From: an uncultured Actinomycetes bacterium
GTDB taxonomy: Bacteria; Actinomycetota; Thermoleophilia; Gaiellales; Gaiellaceae
Direction: 5' to 3'
Assembly (NCBI GenBank): GCA_963816735.1
Contig: CAWFLY010000005.1
Span: 294,539-358,538 of the forward strand
DNA: 64,000 bases
The notes under the pieces are model-generated. The model ran no database searches and was not told the origin of the DNA. It saw only the letters and a program-made list of their open reading frames with translations. The position numbers and the translations under genes are program-made. Shown here piece by piece: positions 53,989 through 63,854 of this stretch (the stretch's first letter is position 1; each line of letters opens with the position of its first letter).

Positions 53989-55356
53989 ATGGGCGAGTTC
54001 AGCGTCGCGGAGCTGCTCGAGTCGCGCCGCGGCGAGGATCTCGACCTCTGGACGCGCACGATCAACCCGCAGTTCGCCCGCGTGCTCAAGACGATCGGCT
54101 TCGACCGCACGTGGGCGCGCGCCGAAGGCGCGTACCTCTACGACGCGAACGGAAACCGCTTCCTCGACATGCTCGGCGGGTTCGGGATGTACAACGTCGG
54201 CCGCAACAATCCGCGCGTCCGCGCCGCGCTCGTCGAGGCGCTCTCGCTCGACACGCCGGGGATGCTCGCGATGGGGACGACGCTCCTGCCCGGCCTGCTC
54301 GCCGAGGAGCTGATCGGCATCGCCGGCGGGCGGATCGAGCGCTGTCTCTTCACGAGCACCGGCACCGAGGCTGTCGAGGCGGCGCTCAAGCTCGGCCGCG
54401 CCGCCACCGGTCGCACGCGCGTCGTCTCGTGCGACCACGGCTTCCACGGCCTCACGCTCGGCGCGCTCTCCGCGAACGGCTGCCCCGAGTTCACCGACCG
54501 GTTTCAGCCGCTCCTGCCCGGCTTCAGCCGCGTCCCGTTCGGTGATCTCGCCGCGCTCGAGACGGAACTGCAGCGCGAGGACGTGGCCGTCTTCCTCGTC
54601 GAGCCGGTGCAGGGAAAAGGCGTCCACCTGCCGCCGGACGGCTACCTCGAGGGCGCGCAGGAGCTGTGCCGCCGCTACGGGACACTCTTCGCCGTCGACG
54701 AGGTGCAGACCGGCTTCGGCCGCACGGGGCGCGTGTTCGCGTTCCAGCACTGGGGCCTCGAGCCGGATCTCGTCCCCGTCGCGAAGTCGCTGAGCGGCGG
54801 CTACGTCCCGGTCGGCGGGCTGCTCATGTCGCGCGCAGTCCACGACGCGGTCTTCGACTCGATGGAGCACGCCGTCTCGCACGGCTCGACGTTCGCGCCG
54901 AACGAGCTCGGGATGGTGGCAGGCCTCGCGACGCTGCGCGAGTTGCGCGGGCAGCGGCTCGTGGAGGAGAGCGCGCGCCGCGGCAACCTGCTCCTCGATC
55001 TGACTCAGCCTCTCGTGGACGAGTTCGACGTCGTGAGCGACGTGCGCGGGCTCGGACTCATGTGGGCGATCGAGTTCGCCGAGCCGCCGTCGGGCAGCCG
55101 CTCGTGGCGCCTGATGGAGCGGATGCAGAAGGGCCTCTTCGGGCAACTCGTCGTCGGGCCGCTCTTCTCCAAGCACCGGATCCTCACCCAGGTCGCCGGC
55201 CACAACATGGCCGTCGTCAAGGTGCTGCCGCCGCTCGTGCTCTCTGATGCGGACGTCGAGGAGTTCGCGAGCGCGCTGCACTCGACGGTCGCGTCCGCGC
55301 GACACGTGCCGTTCTCGCTGACGAAGTTCGCGGTTTCGGCGGCCGTGCGCCGCTAG
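53989..55356 (+). CDS. Class III pyridoxal-phosphate-dependent aminotransferase
   Basis: Intact 455 aa: FTSTGTEAVEAALKL, DEVQTGFGRTG, and VAKSLSGGYVP (the PLP lysine). Confidence 0.85.
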   Translation: MGEFSVAELLESRRGEDLDLWTRTINPQFARVLKTIGFDRTWARAEGAYLYDANGNRFLDMLGGFGMYNVGRNNPRVRAALVEALSLDTPGMLAMGTTLLPGLLAEELIGIAGGRIERCLFTSTGTEAVEAALKLGRAATGRTRVVSCDHGFHGLTLGALSANGCPEFTDRFQPLLPGFSRVPFGDLAALETELQREDVAVFLVEPVQGKGVHLPPDGYLEGAQELCRRYGTLFAVDEVQTGFGRTGRVFAFQHWGLEPDLVPVAKSLSGGYVPVGGLLMSRAVHDAVFDSMEHAVSHGSTFAPNELGMVAGLATLRELRGQRLVEESARRGNLLLDLTQPLVDEFDVVSDVRGLGLMWAIEFAEPPSGSRSWRLMERMQKGLFGQLVVGPLFSKHRILTQVAGHNMAVVKVLPPLVLSDADVEEFASALHSTVASARHVPFSLTKFAVSAAVRR

Positions 55357-55818
55357 TGCGAAGGCCCGAGCATCTGGAAGTCGAACGCGGCCTCGGTGGG
55401 GGCCCAGCCCGCGGCAGGGTCGTACGTGAAGCAATCGACCTCGGCCGTCGCTCCTCCGTTCGGCGCGATCTTCTCGGAGGCGACCGTGCACGTCGGCGGG
55501 ATCTTCTGCTCAAAGCCCGAGCCGCTGATCGTGATCACCTGCGGCGTGATGCTGAGGCGCGGGGCCAGGAAAAGCTTGCTGTTGGGCGCGAACTGGTTGC
55601 CGCTGATGGTGAGCGTGTAGACGCCTTTGCTTCGCTCAGTGCCGTGGGACAAACCGCCAATCAACTTGCCGTTCGCCGACATGCTGCCGGACACGAGCGT
55701 CGACCGGCTTCGGCGACTTGACGAAGGCAGTGGCCGCCGCAAAGCCGGCGCCGCCGAGCGCGAGGAACAGCGCGATCGAGGCGATGACGAGAGCCGGGGA
55801 TGGAAGACGATGCCGCAT
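55353..55818 (-). CDS. N-terminally anchored hypothetical protein, paralog A (one frame switch near 55700)
   Basis: MRHRLPSPALVIASIALFLALGGAGFAAA / LVSGSMSANGKLIGGLSHGTE...CTVASEK...GGATAEVDCFTYDP. Confidence 0.55.
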
Positions 55819-55826
55819 CGAACTCG

Positions 55827-56282
55827 TTAGTGGGACTGCCCTATCATCTGGAAGTCGAACCCGGCCTCGGCCGGCTTCCAGCCGGTGGCCGGGTCGTACG
55901 TGAAGCAGTCCACCTCGGCCGTCGCGCCTCCGTTCGCCGAGAGCTTCTCGGAGGCGACCGCGCAACTCGGTGGACTCACCGCCGCGCCGATCCCCGAGAT
56001 GGTGAGCGTGGGCGTGACGCTGAGACGTGGCTGCGGGAACAACCTGGTGACCCTGAACGTGTTCGCGGGGAGCGTGAACGTGTAGTGGCCCGGGCTTATC
56101 TCGGTGCCGTGCGACAGCCCACCGATGAGTTTCCCGTTCGCCGACATGCTGCCCGAGACGAGCGTTGTCGGCTGCGGCGCCTTGACGAGAGCGAAGCTCG
56201 CGGCGAATCCCGCGCCGCCAAGCGCGACGAACAGCGCGATGCAGGCGATCACGAGAGCCGGAGTGGGAAGGCGCCGCCGCAT
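55827..56282 (-). CDS. N-terminally anchored hypothetical protein, paralog B
   Basis: MRRRLPTPALVIACIALFVALGGAGFAAS...LVSGSMSANGKLIGGLSHGTE...CAVASEK...GGATAEVDCFTYDP. Intact. Confidence 0.6.
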   Translation of the reverse strand: MRRRLPTPALVIACIALFVALGGAGFAASFALVKAPQPTTLVSGSMSANGKLIGGLSHGTEISPGHYTFTLPANTFRVTRLFPQPRLSVTPTLTISGIGAAVSPPSCAVASEKLSANGGATAEVDCFTYDPATGWKPAEAGFDFQMIGQSH

Positions 56283-56296
56283 GGCGGAACTATCGC

Positions 56297-57010
56297 TCAA
56301 CCGCGCTCGATTGGCAAGCCACGCTTGGACCACTCAGACCAGGAGCCGGGATAGAGGCGTCCCTCACGACCGGCGAGCCAGGCGCGGTGCAGCGTGACGC
56401 ACGAGCTGACTCCCGACCCGCAATATGCGACGAGCTCGCCCGGCGGCAGCTTGTCGGGGAACGGCTCCATCCATGGTGCGTTCGCCGCTCCAGGGATCCT
56501 GCCCGCCGGGTCGTCGATCGGGTTCGGCTCCCCGCGCCAACGGCTCGCGGCGCGCGCGTCGACGAGCGCGAGCGTCGGATCGGCGAGACGCGCAACGATC
56601 TCTTCCGCCTGGATCGTGTCGCCGGCACGCTCGCGCGGGGCAAACACGAGCGGCGCGAGCTCCTCCTCGCCGGCGCGCAGCTCGCCGCCCCACGCCTCGA
56701 TCCCGCCGAGCAGCACAGCGCAATCGTCGTGGCCGAAGTGGCGGAGGAGCCACCAGAGCCGCTCGGGGCCGCCACCCGAGCCGTACGCGACGACGTAAAC
56801 GCCCGCGCCGATCCCGGCGCGTCCGGCGGCGGCAGCGAAGGTCTCCGCGGACGGCAGTGGATGCCGGCCCGCGTCCGGGACCGAAAGGTCGGAGAGATCC
56901 GCGTCGACGTCGAGGTACGACGCTCCCGGAACGTGCCCGGCGAGGTACGCGCGCCGGCCGGCCTCCGCGTCGAGAAGCTCCCAGCGGCAGTCGACGAACT
57001 GGTAGCGCAT
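56297..57010 (-). CDS. Rhodanese-domain sulfurtransferase (thiosulfate/3-mercaptopyruvate type)
   Basis: Intact 237 aa from ATG 57010. YLAGHVPGASYLD, active-site loop YCGSGVSS, and YPGSWSEW. Confidence 0.8.
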   Translation of the reverse strand: MRYQFVDCRWELLDAEAGRRAYLAGHVPGASYLDVDADLSDLSVPDAGRHPLPSAETFAAAAGRAGIGAGVYVVAYGSGGGPERLWWLLRHFGHDDCAVLLGGIEAWGGELRAGEEELAPLVFAPRERAGDTIQAEEIVARLADPTLALVDARAASRWRGEPNPIDDPAGRIPGAANAPWMEPFPDKLPPGELVAYCGSGVSSCVTLHRAWLAGREGRLYPGSWSEWSKRGLPIERG

Positions 57011-57642
57011 CACCGGCTCGGGCTCCACGCCGCCGAGAGGAGACCGAGGCAGACGAGCACCGAACCGCCGACCCATCGCTGCACCCACGCGATCGTGTTC
57101 GTGCCGCGCATCCGCTCGGCGAGAGAGCCCGCCGCGAGCGCGTACGCGCAATCGCTGAGGAAGGCGAGAACCGTGAAACTCAGCCCGAGCACAAGCGTCT
57201 GTAGCCACGGGCGCGACGCGTTCGGATCGACGAACTGCGGCAGGAGAGCGAAGACGAAGACGATCATCTTCGGGTTCGTCAGATTGACGAGAAAGCCCTG
57301 CGAGTACGCGCGCCGCCGCGTCCGCGGCACGGGTTCCTGCGCCTCTTCGTCGAGGCCGCGGCCGAGCAACCGGCGCACGCCGAGGATGACGAGATAGACC
57401 GCGCCCGCGTACTTCACGACGTCGAACGCGGCGGCCGAGGCGATAACGAGCGAGGAGAGCCCGGCCGTGGCGAGGATGACGTACGCGGCCGTCGCGGTCG
57501 TGATCCCGGCGACCGAGGCGATCCCGCCGGCGCGTCCCATCTCGATGCTCCGCGTCACGACGTACAGCACCGCCGGGCCGGGGACGAGGAGGATCGCGAG
57601 CGCGGTCGCGAGGAACACGGCGTACGCGGAGAGCGACGGCAT
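57010..57642 (-). CDS. LysE/RhtB family amino-acid exporter
   Basis: Intact 210 aa: LLVPGPAVLYVV, GFLVNLTNPKMIVFVFALLPQF. Its stop overlaps the downstream ATG by 1 nt. Confidence 0.8.
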   Translation of the reverse strand: MPSLSAYAVFLATALAILLVPGPAVLYVVTRSIEMGRAGGIASVAGITTATAAYVILATAGLSSLVIASAAAFDVVKYAGAVYLVILGVRRLLGRGLDEEAQEPVPRTRRRAYSQGFLVNLTNPKMIVFVFALLPQFVDPNASRPWLQTLVLGLSFTVLAFLSDCAYALAAGSLAERMRGTNTIAWVQRWVGGSVLVCLGLLSAAWSPSR

Positions 57643-57659
57643 CCCAAGAACGTACAGAT

Positions 57660-58140
57660 GTGATTGGCTCCGGCCATGACACCGACGCGAACGTCTGGGC
57701 GGACGAGTGGGGCGAGCAGGGCGAGGACTGGAGCGGAGGCGGCGCGCTCGTGAAGCGCCTCGTGCCGAGCGGCCCGTTTCTCGGCGCGAGCCTCTACGAG
57801 CTCGGTCCCGGCAACTTCGTGATCTTCCATTTCCACCACGGCTCCGACGAGCTCCTCGTCGTCCTCCGCGGCACGCCGACGCTGCGGACAATGGACGGCG
57901 AGCGGCGTCTCGAGGAGGGCGAGGTCGTGCCATTTCCCGCCCGGCCCAGCCGGTGCGCACGAGCTCCGCAACGACACGGACGAGCCGGTGCGCTACGTCA
58001 TGGCCGGCACGCGCGTCTCGCCCGAGATCGCCGAGTACCCCGATCTCGGCCAGGTGACGGCTCAGTCGCGCGAGCTGAATCAGAAGGGCGAACCGCTCTT
58101 CCTGATCCATTCGCTTGACGTTTCGGATCCGAGCGCCTAG
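57660..58140 (+). CDS. Cupin domain protein, one frame switch near 57935
   Basis: LYELGPGNFVIFHFHHGSDELLVVLRG / PAGAHELRNDTDEPVRYVMAG. Confidence 0.6.
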
Positions 58141-58295
58141 GCTGGCCGCCTGATGTTGCTCGCGAACGTGATGAACCGGATCCAGGCGTGGGGTAGCACT
58201 CCCGCGCCCGGCCTGCGCGACCGCTAGGTCCGCGCGCCGCCGTCTGGGCGGCTCCCGTTCTCCGTTTCGTTCACTTCGATTTCTGAAGGAGCAGC

Positions 58296-59170
58296 ATGAC
58301 TCTCGCAACACCTACATCCGATTTGACCGCACGTCTAGACCTCGAGGCACCCGCCGTCGAGGTCCGCGACCTGCGGAAGACGTTCAACCGCAAAGACAAG
58401 AAGGCGGGCCGCTTCGCCCGCAAGCGTCCGTGGCCGGCGCTCGAAGACGTCACGTTCACGATCACGCGCGGCGAGTGCGTCGCGATCCTCGGCCAGAACG
58501 GCTCGGGGAAGTCGACGCTCGTCCGTCTCCTCTCGACGCTGCTCATCAACGACGGCGGCGAGGCGCGGATCTTCGGCCACGACGCGTTCGAGGAGACGAC
58601 GGCGATCCGCCGGCTGGTCAACCGCGTCTCTGTCGAGGCCAGCTTCTTCAAGAAGATGTCCGCGTCGGAGAACCTCTCGTACGCGGCGCGCTTCTACGGG
58701 ATGACACCGAGGCAGACGCGCGTCGCCAGGTTCCCGCGATCCTCGAGCAGGTCGGCTTCCCCGCCGACCGGCGCAACGAGGCGATGGAGAACCTGTCGCG
58801 CGGCATGCAACAAAAGGTCGCCCTCGCGCGGGCGCTCCTGACCTCGCCCGTCCTGCTCCTGCTCGACGAGCCGACCACGGGTCTCGACCCGCGGTCGAAG
58901 CTCGAGGTGCAGGAGTTCATCCGGAAGGTGCGGGCCGAGCACGACGCGACGATCCTGCTCTGCACACACGACATGGGGGAGGCGGAGGCGCTCGCCGACC
59001 GGATCGGACTGCTCGACCGCGGGAAGCTCCTCTTCCTCGAGCCGGTCGACGACGTGAAGCGGCGCTTCGGCGTCGAGACGCTCGAGGAGGCGTTCTTCGC
59101 CGCAACCGGGCGCGAGTTCGAGAACGAGGCAACCGAAGACGACGAGTACAGGGAGGTGTTCGGAGGATGA
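58296..59170 (+). CDS. ABC transporter ATP-binding protein, one frame switch near 58720
   Basis: GQNGSGKSTL (Walker A), LSRGMQQKVALARAL (signature), and LLLLDEPTTGLD (Walker B). Confidence 0.85.
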
Positions 59171-59988
59171 GTAGCTATGCAGTAGAGGGCCGGCGCCAGC
59201 TTGTCGGCCTTTTCGGGATCGTCGAGCGGAACGTCTATCTCACGAAGCGCTACTTCCTGTGGGACATCGCCTTCATGGTCTGGACGATCGCGAACACGCT
59301 CACGATCGTGTTCATCGCCCGCAACTTGCAGCAGTCACCGGCCGAAGTGAATGCCGCGGAGACCGCGCTGCTCGTCGGCGCAACGATCTGGGCGTTCCTC
59401 GGGATCATCTTCGAGTTCATGACGGAGACGGTCGCGTGGGAGCGCTGGGAAGGGACGATCGAGTACACGTTCATGGCCCCGCTGTCGCGGTTCGTCCACC
59501 TCGGCGGCCAGGGCGCGTTCGCGGTGCTCTACGGGATCATCCGGGCGGCGATCCTCTTCTTCGCGGTCGCCACGATGCTCGGCCTCAGTGCGCCGAACGC
59601 GAACTACCCCGCGGCGCTCGCGCTGCTCGCGATCGGCTCGCTCTCGTTCATCGGTATCGGGATCATGACGTCGGTCCTGCCGCTCATCTCGCCGGAGAAG
59701 GGCGCGCAGCTCGGCTTCGTCGCGCAGGGCATGATGCTCGTGGTCTCGGGCGTCTACTACTCGGTGACCGTCATGCCGGAGTGGATGCAGTGGCTCTCGA
59801 AGATCTCGCCGGCGACGTACGTGCTGCGAGGCGAACGGGCGTCGATCCTCTACGGGCAGGGGCTCGCCTGGGCGGACGTCTGGCCGTTGCTCATCATCGC
59901 TGTCTTCGCTACGCCGATCGGGCTGGCGATCTTCCGCGTCGGCGAGCGCCACGCGAAGAAGACCGGGAAGCTGAAGCGGGCCGGCTGA
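59167..59988 (+). CDS. ABC-2 type transporter permease
   Basis: Intact 273 aa with about 6 TM segments. ATGA overlap with the ATPase gene. Confidence 0.75.
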   Translation: MSSYAVEGRRQLVGLFGIVERNVYLTKRYFLWDIAFMVWTIANTLTIVFIARNLQQSPAEVNAAETALLVGATIWAFLGIIFEFMTETVAWERWEGTIEYTFMAPLSRFVHLGGQGAFAVLYGIIRAAILFFAVATMLGLSAPNANYPAALALLAIGSLSFIGIGIMTSVLPLISPEKGAQLGFVAQGMMLVVSGVYYSVTVMPEWMQWLSKISPATYVLRGERASILYGQGLAWADVWPLLIIAVFATPIGLAIFRVGERHAKKTGKLKRAG

Positions 59989-60677
59989 TGAAGGACTGGT
60001 TCGCGGGGAACGTTGCGGAGCGGTACGACGCAGGCTCGGCCGGGATGCCGGTCGAGCCTGTTGTCGACTTTCTCCTCCCGTTCGCGAGCGATGGCGCGCT
60101 CGAGCTCGCGATCGGGACAGGCCGGATCGCGGTGCCGCTCGCGGCGCGCGGCGTTCGCGTCGCGGGGATCGACCTTTCGCCGGACATGGTTGCGCAGTTG
60201 CTCCGGAAAACCGACTCGATCCCGGTTGCAATCGGCGACATGACGACCGAGCGGGTCGACGGTGAGTTCTCGCTTGCGTACCTCGTCTACAACTCGATCA
60301 ACAACGCCACGACGCAGGAGGGACAGACGGCGGTGTTCGCGAACGCGGCGGCGCATCTCGCGCCGGGCGGCTGCTTCGTCGTCGAGGTCGGTGTGCCCGG
60401 CAAGCAGCGGCTCGAGGTGTTCGACCTCAGCGACACGCACGTCGGCGTCGACGAGTACGACTTCGACACGCAGGCGCTCGTCTCGCATCACTTCAATCTC
60501 GTCGACGGCGAGTGGAAGCGACTTTCGGTTCCGTTCCGCGCGGTCTCACCGGCGGAGCTCGACCTGATGGCGCAGCTCGCGGGCCTCGAACTGCGCGAGC
60601 GCTGGGCGGACTGGGACCGATCGCCGTTCACCGCCGAGAGCACGAAGCACGTCTCCGTCTGGGAGAAGGTCGCGTGA
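59988..60677 (+). CDS. Class I SAM-dependent methyltransferase
   Basis: ALELAIGTGRIAVPLAARGVRVAGIDLSPDM (motif I / post-I). The ATG overlaps the upstream stop (TGATG). Confidence 0.8.
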   Translation: MKDWFAGNVAERYDAGSAGMPVEPVVDFLLPFASDGALELAIGTGRIAVPLAARGVRVAGIDLSPDMVAQLLRKTDSIPVAIGDMTTERVDGEFSLAYLVYNSINNATTQEGQTAVFANAAAHLAPGGCFVVEVGVPGKQRLEVFDLSDTHVGVDEYDFDTQALVSHHFNLVDGEWKRLSVPFRAVSPAELDLMAQLAGLELRERWADWDRSPFTAESTKHVSVWEKVA

Positions 60678-61126
60678 GGATCGAGCTGCCGATCGAGTCG
60701 GAGCATCTCGTTATCCGCGAGCTCGTCCTCTCCGACGCCGAGGAGATGGGCGAGTCACCGGAGTGGATCGCGGAGAAGATCGCCCGGTACGAGCGCGACG
60801 GCGGGATGAGCCTTTGGGCAGTCGTCGAGAAGTCGACCGGACTTGCGGTCGGCCTCGCCGGGCTGCAATGGGAGGATCTCGAGGGCCGGCGCGTGCTCGA
60901 CCTCGGCTGCGTCATCGGCGAGAAAGCTCAGCTGCGCGGCATCGGCACGGAGGCCTCCGAGGCCGTCGTCCAGGCAGCCTTCGCCACGGGTTTTGACGAG
61001 GTCACGGCGATGACGAAGCCCGACAACGCCGTCGCGCTGCACGTCCTCGAGAACCTCGGCTTCGAGCCGCTCGGCGAGGTGACGTTCGAGGGGACGGTCT
61101 ACACCGCGTTCGTCCGGCGGCGTTAG
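60674..61126 (+). CDS. GNAT family N-acetyltransferase
   Basis: LRGIGTEASEAVVQAAF (motif A), VLENLGFEP. The GTG start overlaps the methyltransferase stop (GTGA). Confidence 0.7.
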   Translation: MRIELPIESEHLVIRELVLSDAEEMGESPEWIAEKIARYERDGGMSLWAVVEKSTGLAVGLAGLQWEDLEGRRVLDLGCVIGEKAQLRGIGTEASEAVVQAAFATGFDEVTAMTKPDNAVALHVLENLGFEPLGEVTFEGTVYTAFVRRR

Positions 61127-61136
61127 CGTCTCCCGC

Positions 61137-61958
61137 GTGACCGCTCGCGCCCGTCGTTCCTGTCTCAGCGTCCCCGCCTCGAGCGAGCGGATGCTCACGA
61201 AGGCACCGTCGCTCGGAGCGGACGAGGTGATCGTCGATCTCGAGGACGCGGTCGCGCCCGCGGACAAGGCGGCCGCTCGTGAGCTCGCCGTCGCCGCGGT
61301 GCGCCACGGGCCGCTCGCCCGCACGACCGCGATCCGAGTCAATGCGCGCGGCTCCGAGTGGTGGGAAGACGACCTGCGCGCCGCCGCCGAGGCGAGGCCC
61401 GACGTCGTCGTACTCCCCAAGGTCGAGTCCGCGGAGGACGTGTCCGCAGCGGCCGAGCTGCTCCCGGCCGGCACCGGGATCGAGGCACAGATCGAGACGG
61501 CACGCGGCCTCGCGAACGCCGACGCAATCGCCGCGGCCGGGCACGGGCTCGAGGCGCTCGTCTTCGGCCCGGCGGATCTCGCTGCGTCGCTCGGGATTCC
61601 CGTCCTCACGATCGGGGACGGCGCGAACGACTACGCCTTCGCGCGTGTGGTCGCGGCGGCACGCGCCGCAGGGCTCCAGGCGATCGACGGCCCGCACGCG
61701 CGGCTCGGCGACAACCTCGGGCTCGTCGTCTCCGCCCGCCGCGCCTTCGAGCACGGCTACGACGGCAAGTGGGTCATCCACCCGAGCCAGATCGGGCCGG
61801 TGCATCTCATCTTCACTCCGTCGCCGGCGGAGATCGAGCGCGCGAAGCGAATCCTCGGCGCGCCGCCGGGAGCGGTGCGCTTCGAGGGAGAGCTCATCGA
61901 CGAGGCTTCACGTCGCCTCGCAGAGTCGCTCCTCAGTAGGGCCGCGCTGCTCTCTTAG
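61137..61958 (+). CDS. HpcH/HpaI aldolase / citrate lyase beta subunit-like (CitE family) protein
   Basis: Intact 273 aa: RSCLSVPASSERMLTKA..ADEVIVDLEDAV, VVLPKVES, FGPADLAASLG and KWVIHPSQI. Confidence 0.8.
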   Translation: MTARARRSCLSVPASSERMLTKAPSLGADEVIVDLEDAVAPADKAAARELAVAAVRHGPLARTTAIRVNARGSEWWEDDLRAAAEARPDVVVLPKVESAEDVSAAAELLPAGTGIEAQIETARGLANADAIAAAGHGLEALVFGPADLAASLGIPVLTIGDGANDYAFARVVAAARAAGLQAIDGPHARLGDNLGLVVSARRAFEHGYDGKWVIHPSQIGPVHLIFTPSPAEIERAKRILGAPPGAVRFEGELIDEASRRLAESLLSRAALLS

Positions 61959-62147
61959 CGGCTCTCCGAGCGGCCTTCCGCCGTCTGACTTCCGGCACTG
62001 CGAGCACACCGCGGTACCAGAGGTGTAAAAGTGCTCCAAGCCCGGCAGCGAGCACTCCCGCGATCAACAGCATGAGGCGCGCCATCGAGGCCAGCGTAAT
62101 CCAGCCGACCGACCGACTCCACCCCGCCGATGAAAGGACTCGTTGAG

Positions 62148-62594
62148 ATGAACACCACGAAGGAAAAGGTCGCGGACGCGAAAGCGCACGTCCGCCCAAT
62201 CGTCGAACGCGCACTCCGCGACGAGGAGCTGCGCCAGAACGTGAAGGACGCGTACATCTCCGCCCGCGCGCTCTACGACCAGCTGCTCGCCAAGAACGAC
62301 GTCAGCCACGTCGCGACGAAGCTCGTCAGCGACGAGGACGTCCAGGCCCAGTTGCGGAACGTCGTCGCCCAGATCCGCGGCGCCGCCGGCCGCGCCCAGG
62401 CGGCACAGGAGGAGGCGCATAAGGAAGAGCGCAGCGCCCGCCACACCCTCCTGCTCGTCACGGGAATCGTGATCGGCCTGCTGGTCAACCCGCTGACCGG
62501 CCCGTCGCTCCGCCGTTTCGTCAAGCGGCGGGTGTTCGGCCGCAAGGGCGACGCCTTCGTCTACCACGAGGGCAACGGCACGCACCTGAGCTAA
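62148..62594 (+). CDS. Hypothetical protein with one TM segment
   Basis: Intact ORF (alternative start 62130). Charged helical N-terminal region, then HTLLLVTGIVIGLLVNPL. Confidence 0.45.
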   Translation: MNTTKEKVADAKAHVRPIVERALRDEELRQNVKDAYISARALYDQLLAKNDVSHVATKLVSDEDVQAQLRNVVAQIRGAAGRAQAAQEEAHKEERSARHTLLLVTGIVIGLLVNPLTGPSLRRFVKRRVFGRKGDAFVYHEGNGTHLS

Positions 62595-62641
62595 CGCGTA
62601 CCTGAAGAGCTCCCGGCCCGAGAGCCTCCTATCCTTGGGCC

Positions 62642-63355
62642 GTGGAGCTCCTTCAGCAGTTGGCCGCCGCGCCCGAGGAGACGGGGCTGTTCCTCGACTT
62701 CGACGGCGTCCTCGCACCGATCGTCGCGCGGCCGGAGGACGCGGTCGCGCCGCCGGAGACGCGAGCGGAGCTCGAGCGGCTCGTGGCGCGCTACGCGCTC
62801 GTCGCGGTCGTCAGCGGGCGCGCGGGCGACGACGTGCGCGAGCGAGTCGGCGTCGACGGTGTCGTCTGCGTCGGCTCGCACGGCCTCGAGGCTGAGCCGC
62901 TGGCCGAGCGCTGGCGGCAGCCGCTCGTCGACTTTGCGGCGAACGCGCCGTGGCCGCCGAGCGCCATCGAAGTGAAAGGATTCGCCGTGGCGTTCCACTT
63001 CCGTGACCGCGCTGACGAGGCCACTGCGGTCCGCGAGCTCGACCGCATCGCGGCCACGGCGCGCGAGCACGGGCTCGTCGCGCGGTACGGACGCAAGGTG
63101 CTCGAAGTCCTCCCGCCCGTCGACTCGAATAAGGGGACGGCGGTGCGGCGGATGCTCGACGAGCGCGGACTGCGGCGCGCGCTGGCCGCCGGCGACGACA
63201 CGACGGACCTCGACGCGTTCGCCGCGCTGGACGGTCTTGACGTCGCGCTGCGCGTCGCGGTCGGCTCGGAGGAGTCCCCGGCGGCGCTCCTCGATGCGGC
63301 CGATGTCGTCGTGCGCTCAACGGACGAGTTCCTCGCTCTGCTGCGGGCGCTCTAA
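62642..63355 (+). CDS. otsB: Trehalose-6-phosphate phosphatase (HAD family)
   Basis: Intact 237 aa: LFLDFDGVLAPIV (motif I), VSGR, KGTAV and AAGDDTTDLDAF. Confidence 0.8.
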   Translation: MELLQQLAAAPEETGLFLDFDGVLAPIVARPEDAVAPPETRAELERLVARYALVAVVSGRAGDDVRERVGVDGVVCVGSHGLEAEPLAERWRQPLVDFAANAPWPPSAIEVKGFAVAFHFRDRADEATAVRELDRIAATAREHGLVARYGRKVLEVLPPVDSNKGTAVRRMLDERGLRRALAAGDDTTDLDAFAALDGLDVALRVAVGSEESPAALLDAADVVVRSTDEFLALLRAL

Positions 63356-63515
63356 GAACTCGTCGCGGAATGACCACGCGCTGGCTGGGTGTGATGGCCG
63401 AGTGTGAGGCTAGGACGCAGGGAGCGGCAATAGCAGCGCTATTGGCGCGACCGAGGACGACGCATCGCGCCGGACAGCGCGGCCAGACGGCCCGTGTTTC
63501 ACTTTGAGACGAGTT

Positions 63516-63836
63516 CTAACTCTTCGAGACCTTGCACGCAGTGCCGTAGGCGCAGATCTCCGCCCAGCCGTTGCCGATCTCGGACGCGTCGAAGCGCATC
63601 GCGATCACTGCGTTCGCACCCTTCGCTTCGGCCTCCTCGGACAGGCGCTCGACCACTTGCTGGCGGCTGGCGATCAGCGCCTTGGTCTGGCCCTTGAGCT
63701 CCCCGCCGACGATCGACTTGAGGCCGGAGCCGAACTGGGAACCGAGATTGCGCGCACGCACGGTCAGCCCGAACACCTCGCCGTACACCTCGTCGACCGT
63801 GTAGCCGGGGATGTCGTTCATCGTCGTGACGATCAT
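63516..63836 (-). CDS. ybjQ: YbjQ/UPF0145 family protein
   Basis: Intact 106 aa: MIVTTMNDIPGYTVDEVYGEVFGLTVRARN...GANAVIAMRFD. GAGGAG SD. Confidence 0.8.
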   Translation of the reverse strand: MIVTTMNDIPGYTVDEVYGEVFGLTVRARNLGSQFGSGLKSIVGGELKGQTKALIASRQQVVERLSEEAEAKGANAVIAMRFDASEIGNGWAEICAYGTACKVSKS

Positions 63837-63854
63837 CGTGATCTCCTCTCGTTG

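Noticed and set aside
61933-62085. A 50-aa minus-strand ORF with one hydrophobic helix (MARLMLLIAGVLAAGLGALLHLW…).
   Set aside because: It overlaps the 3' end of the CitE-like gene, has no SD and no conservation evidence, and cannot be distinguished from chance.
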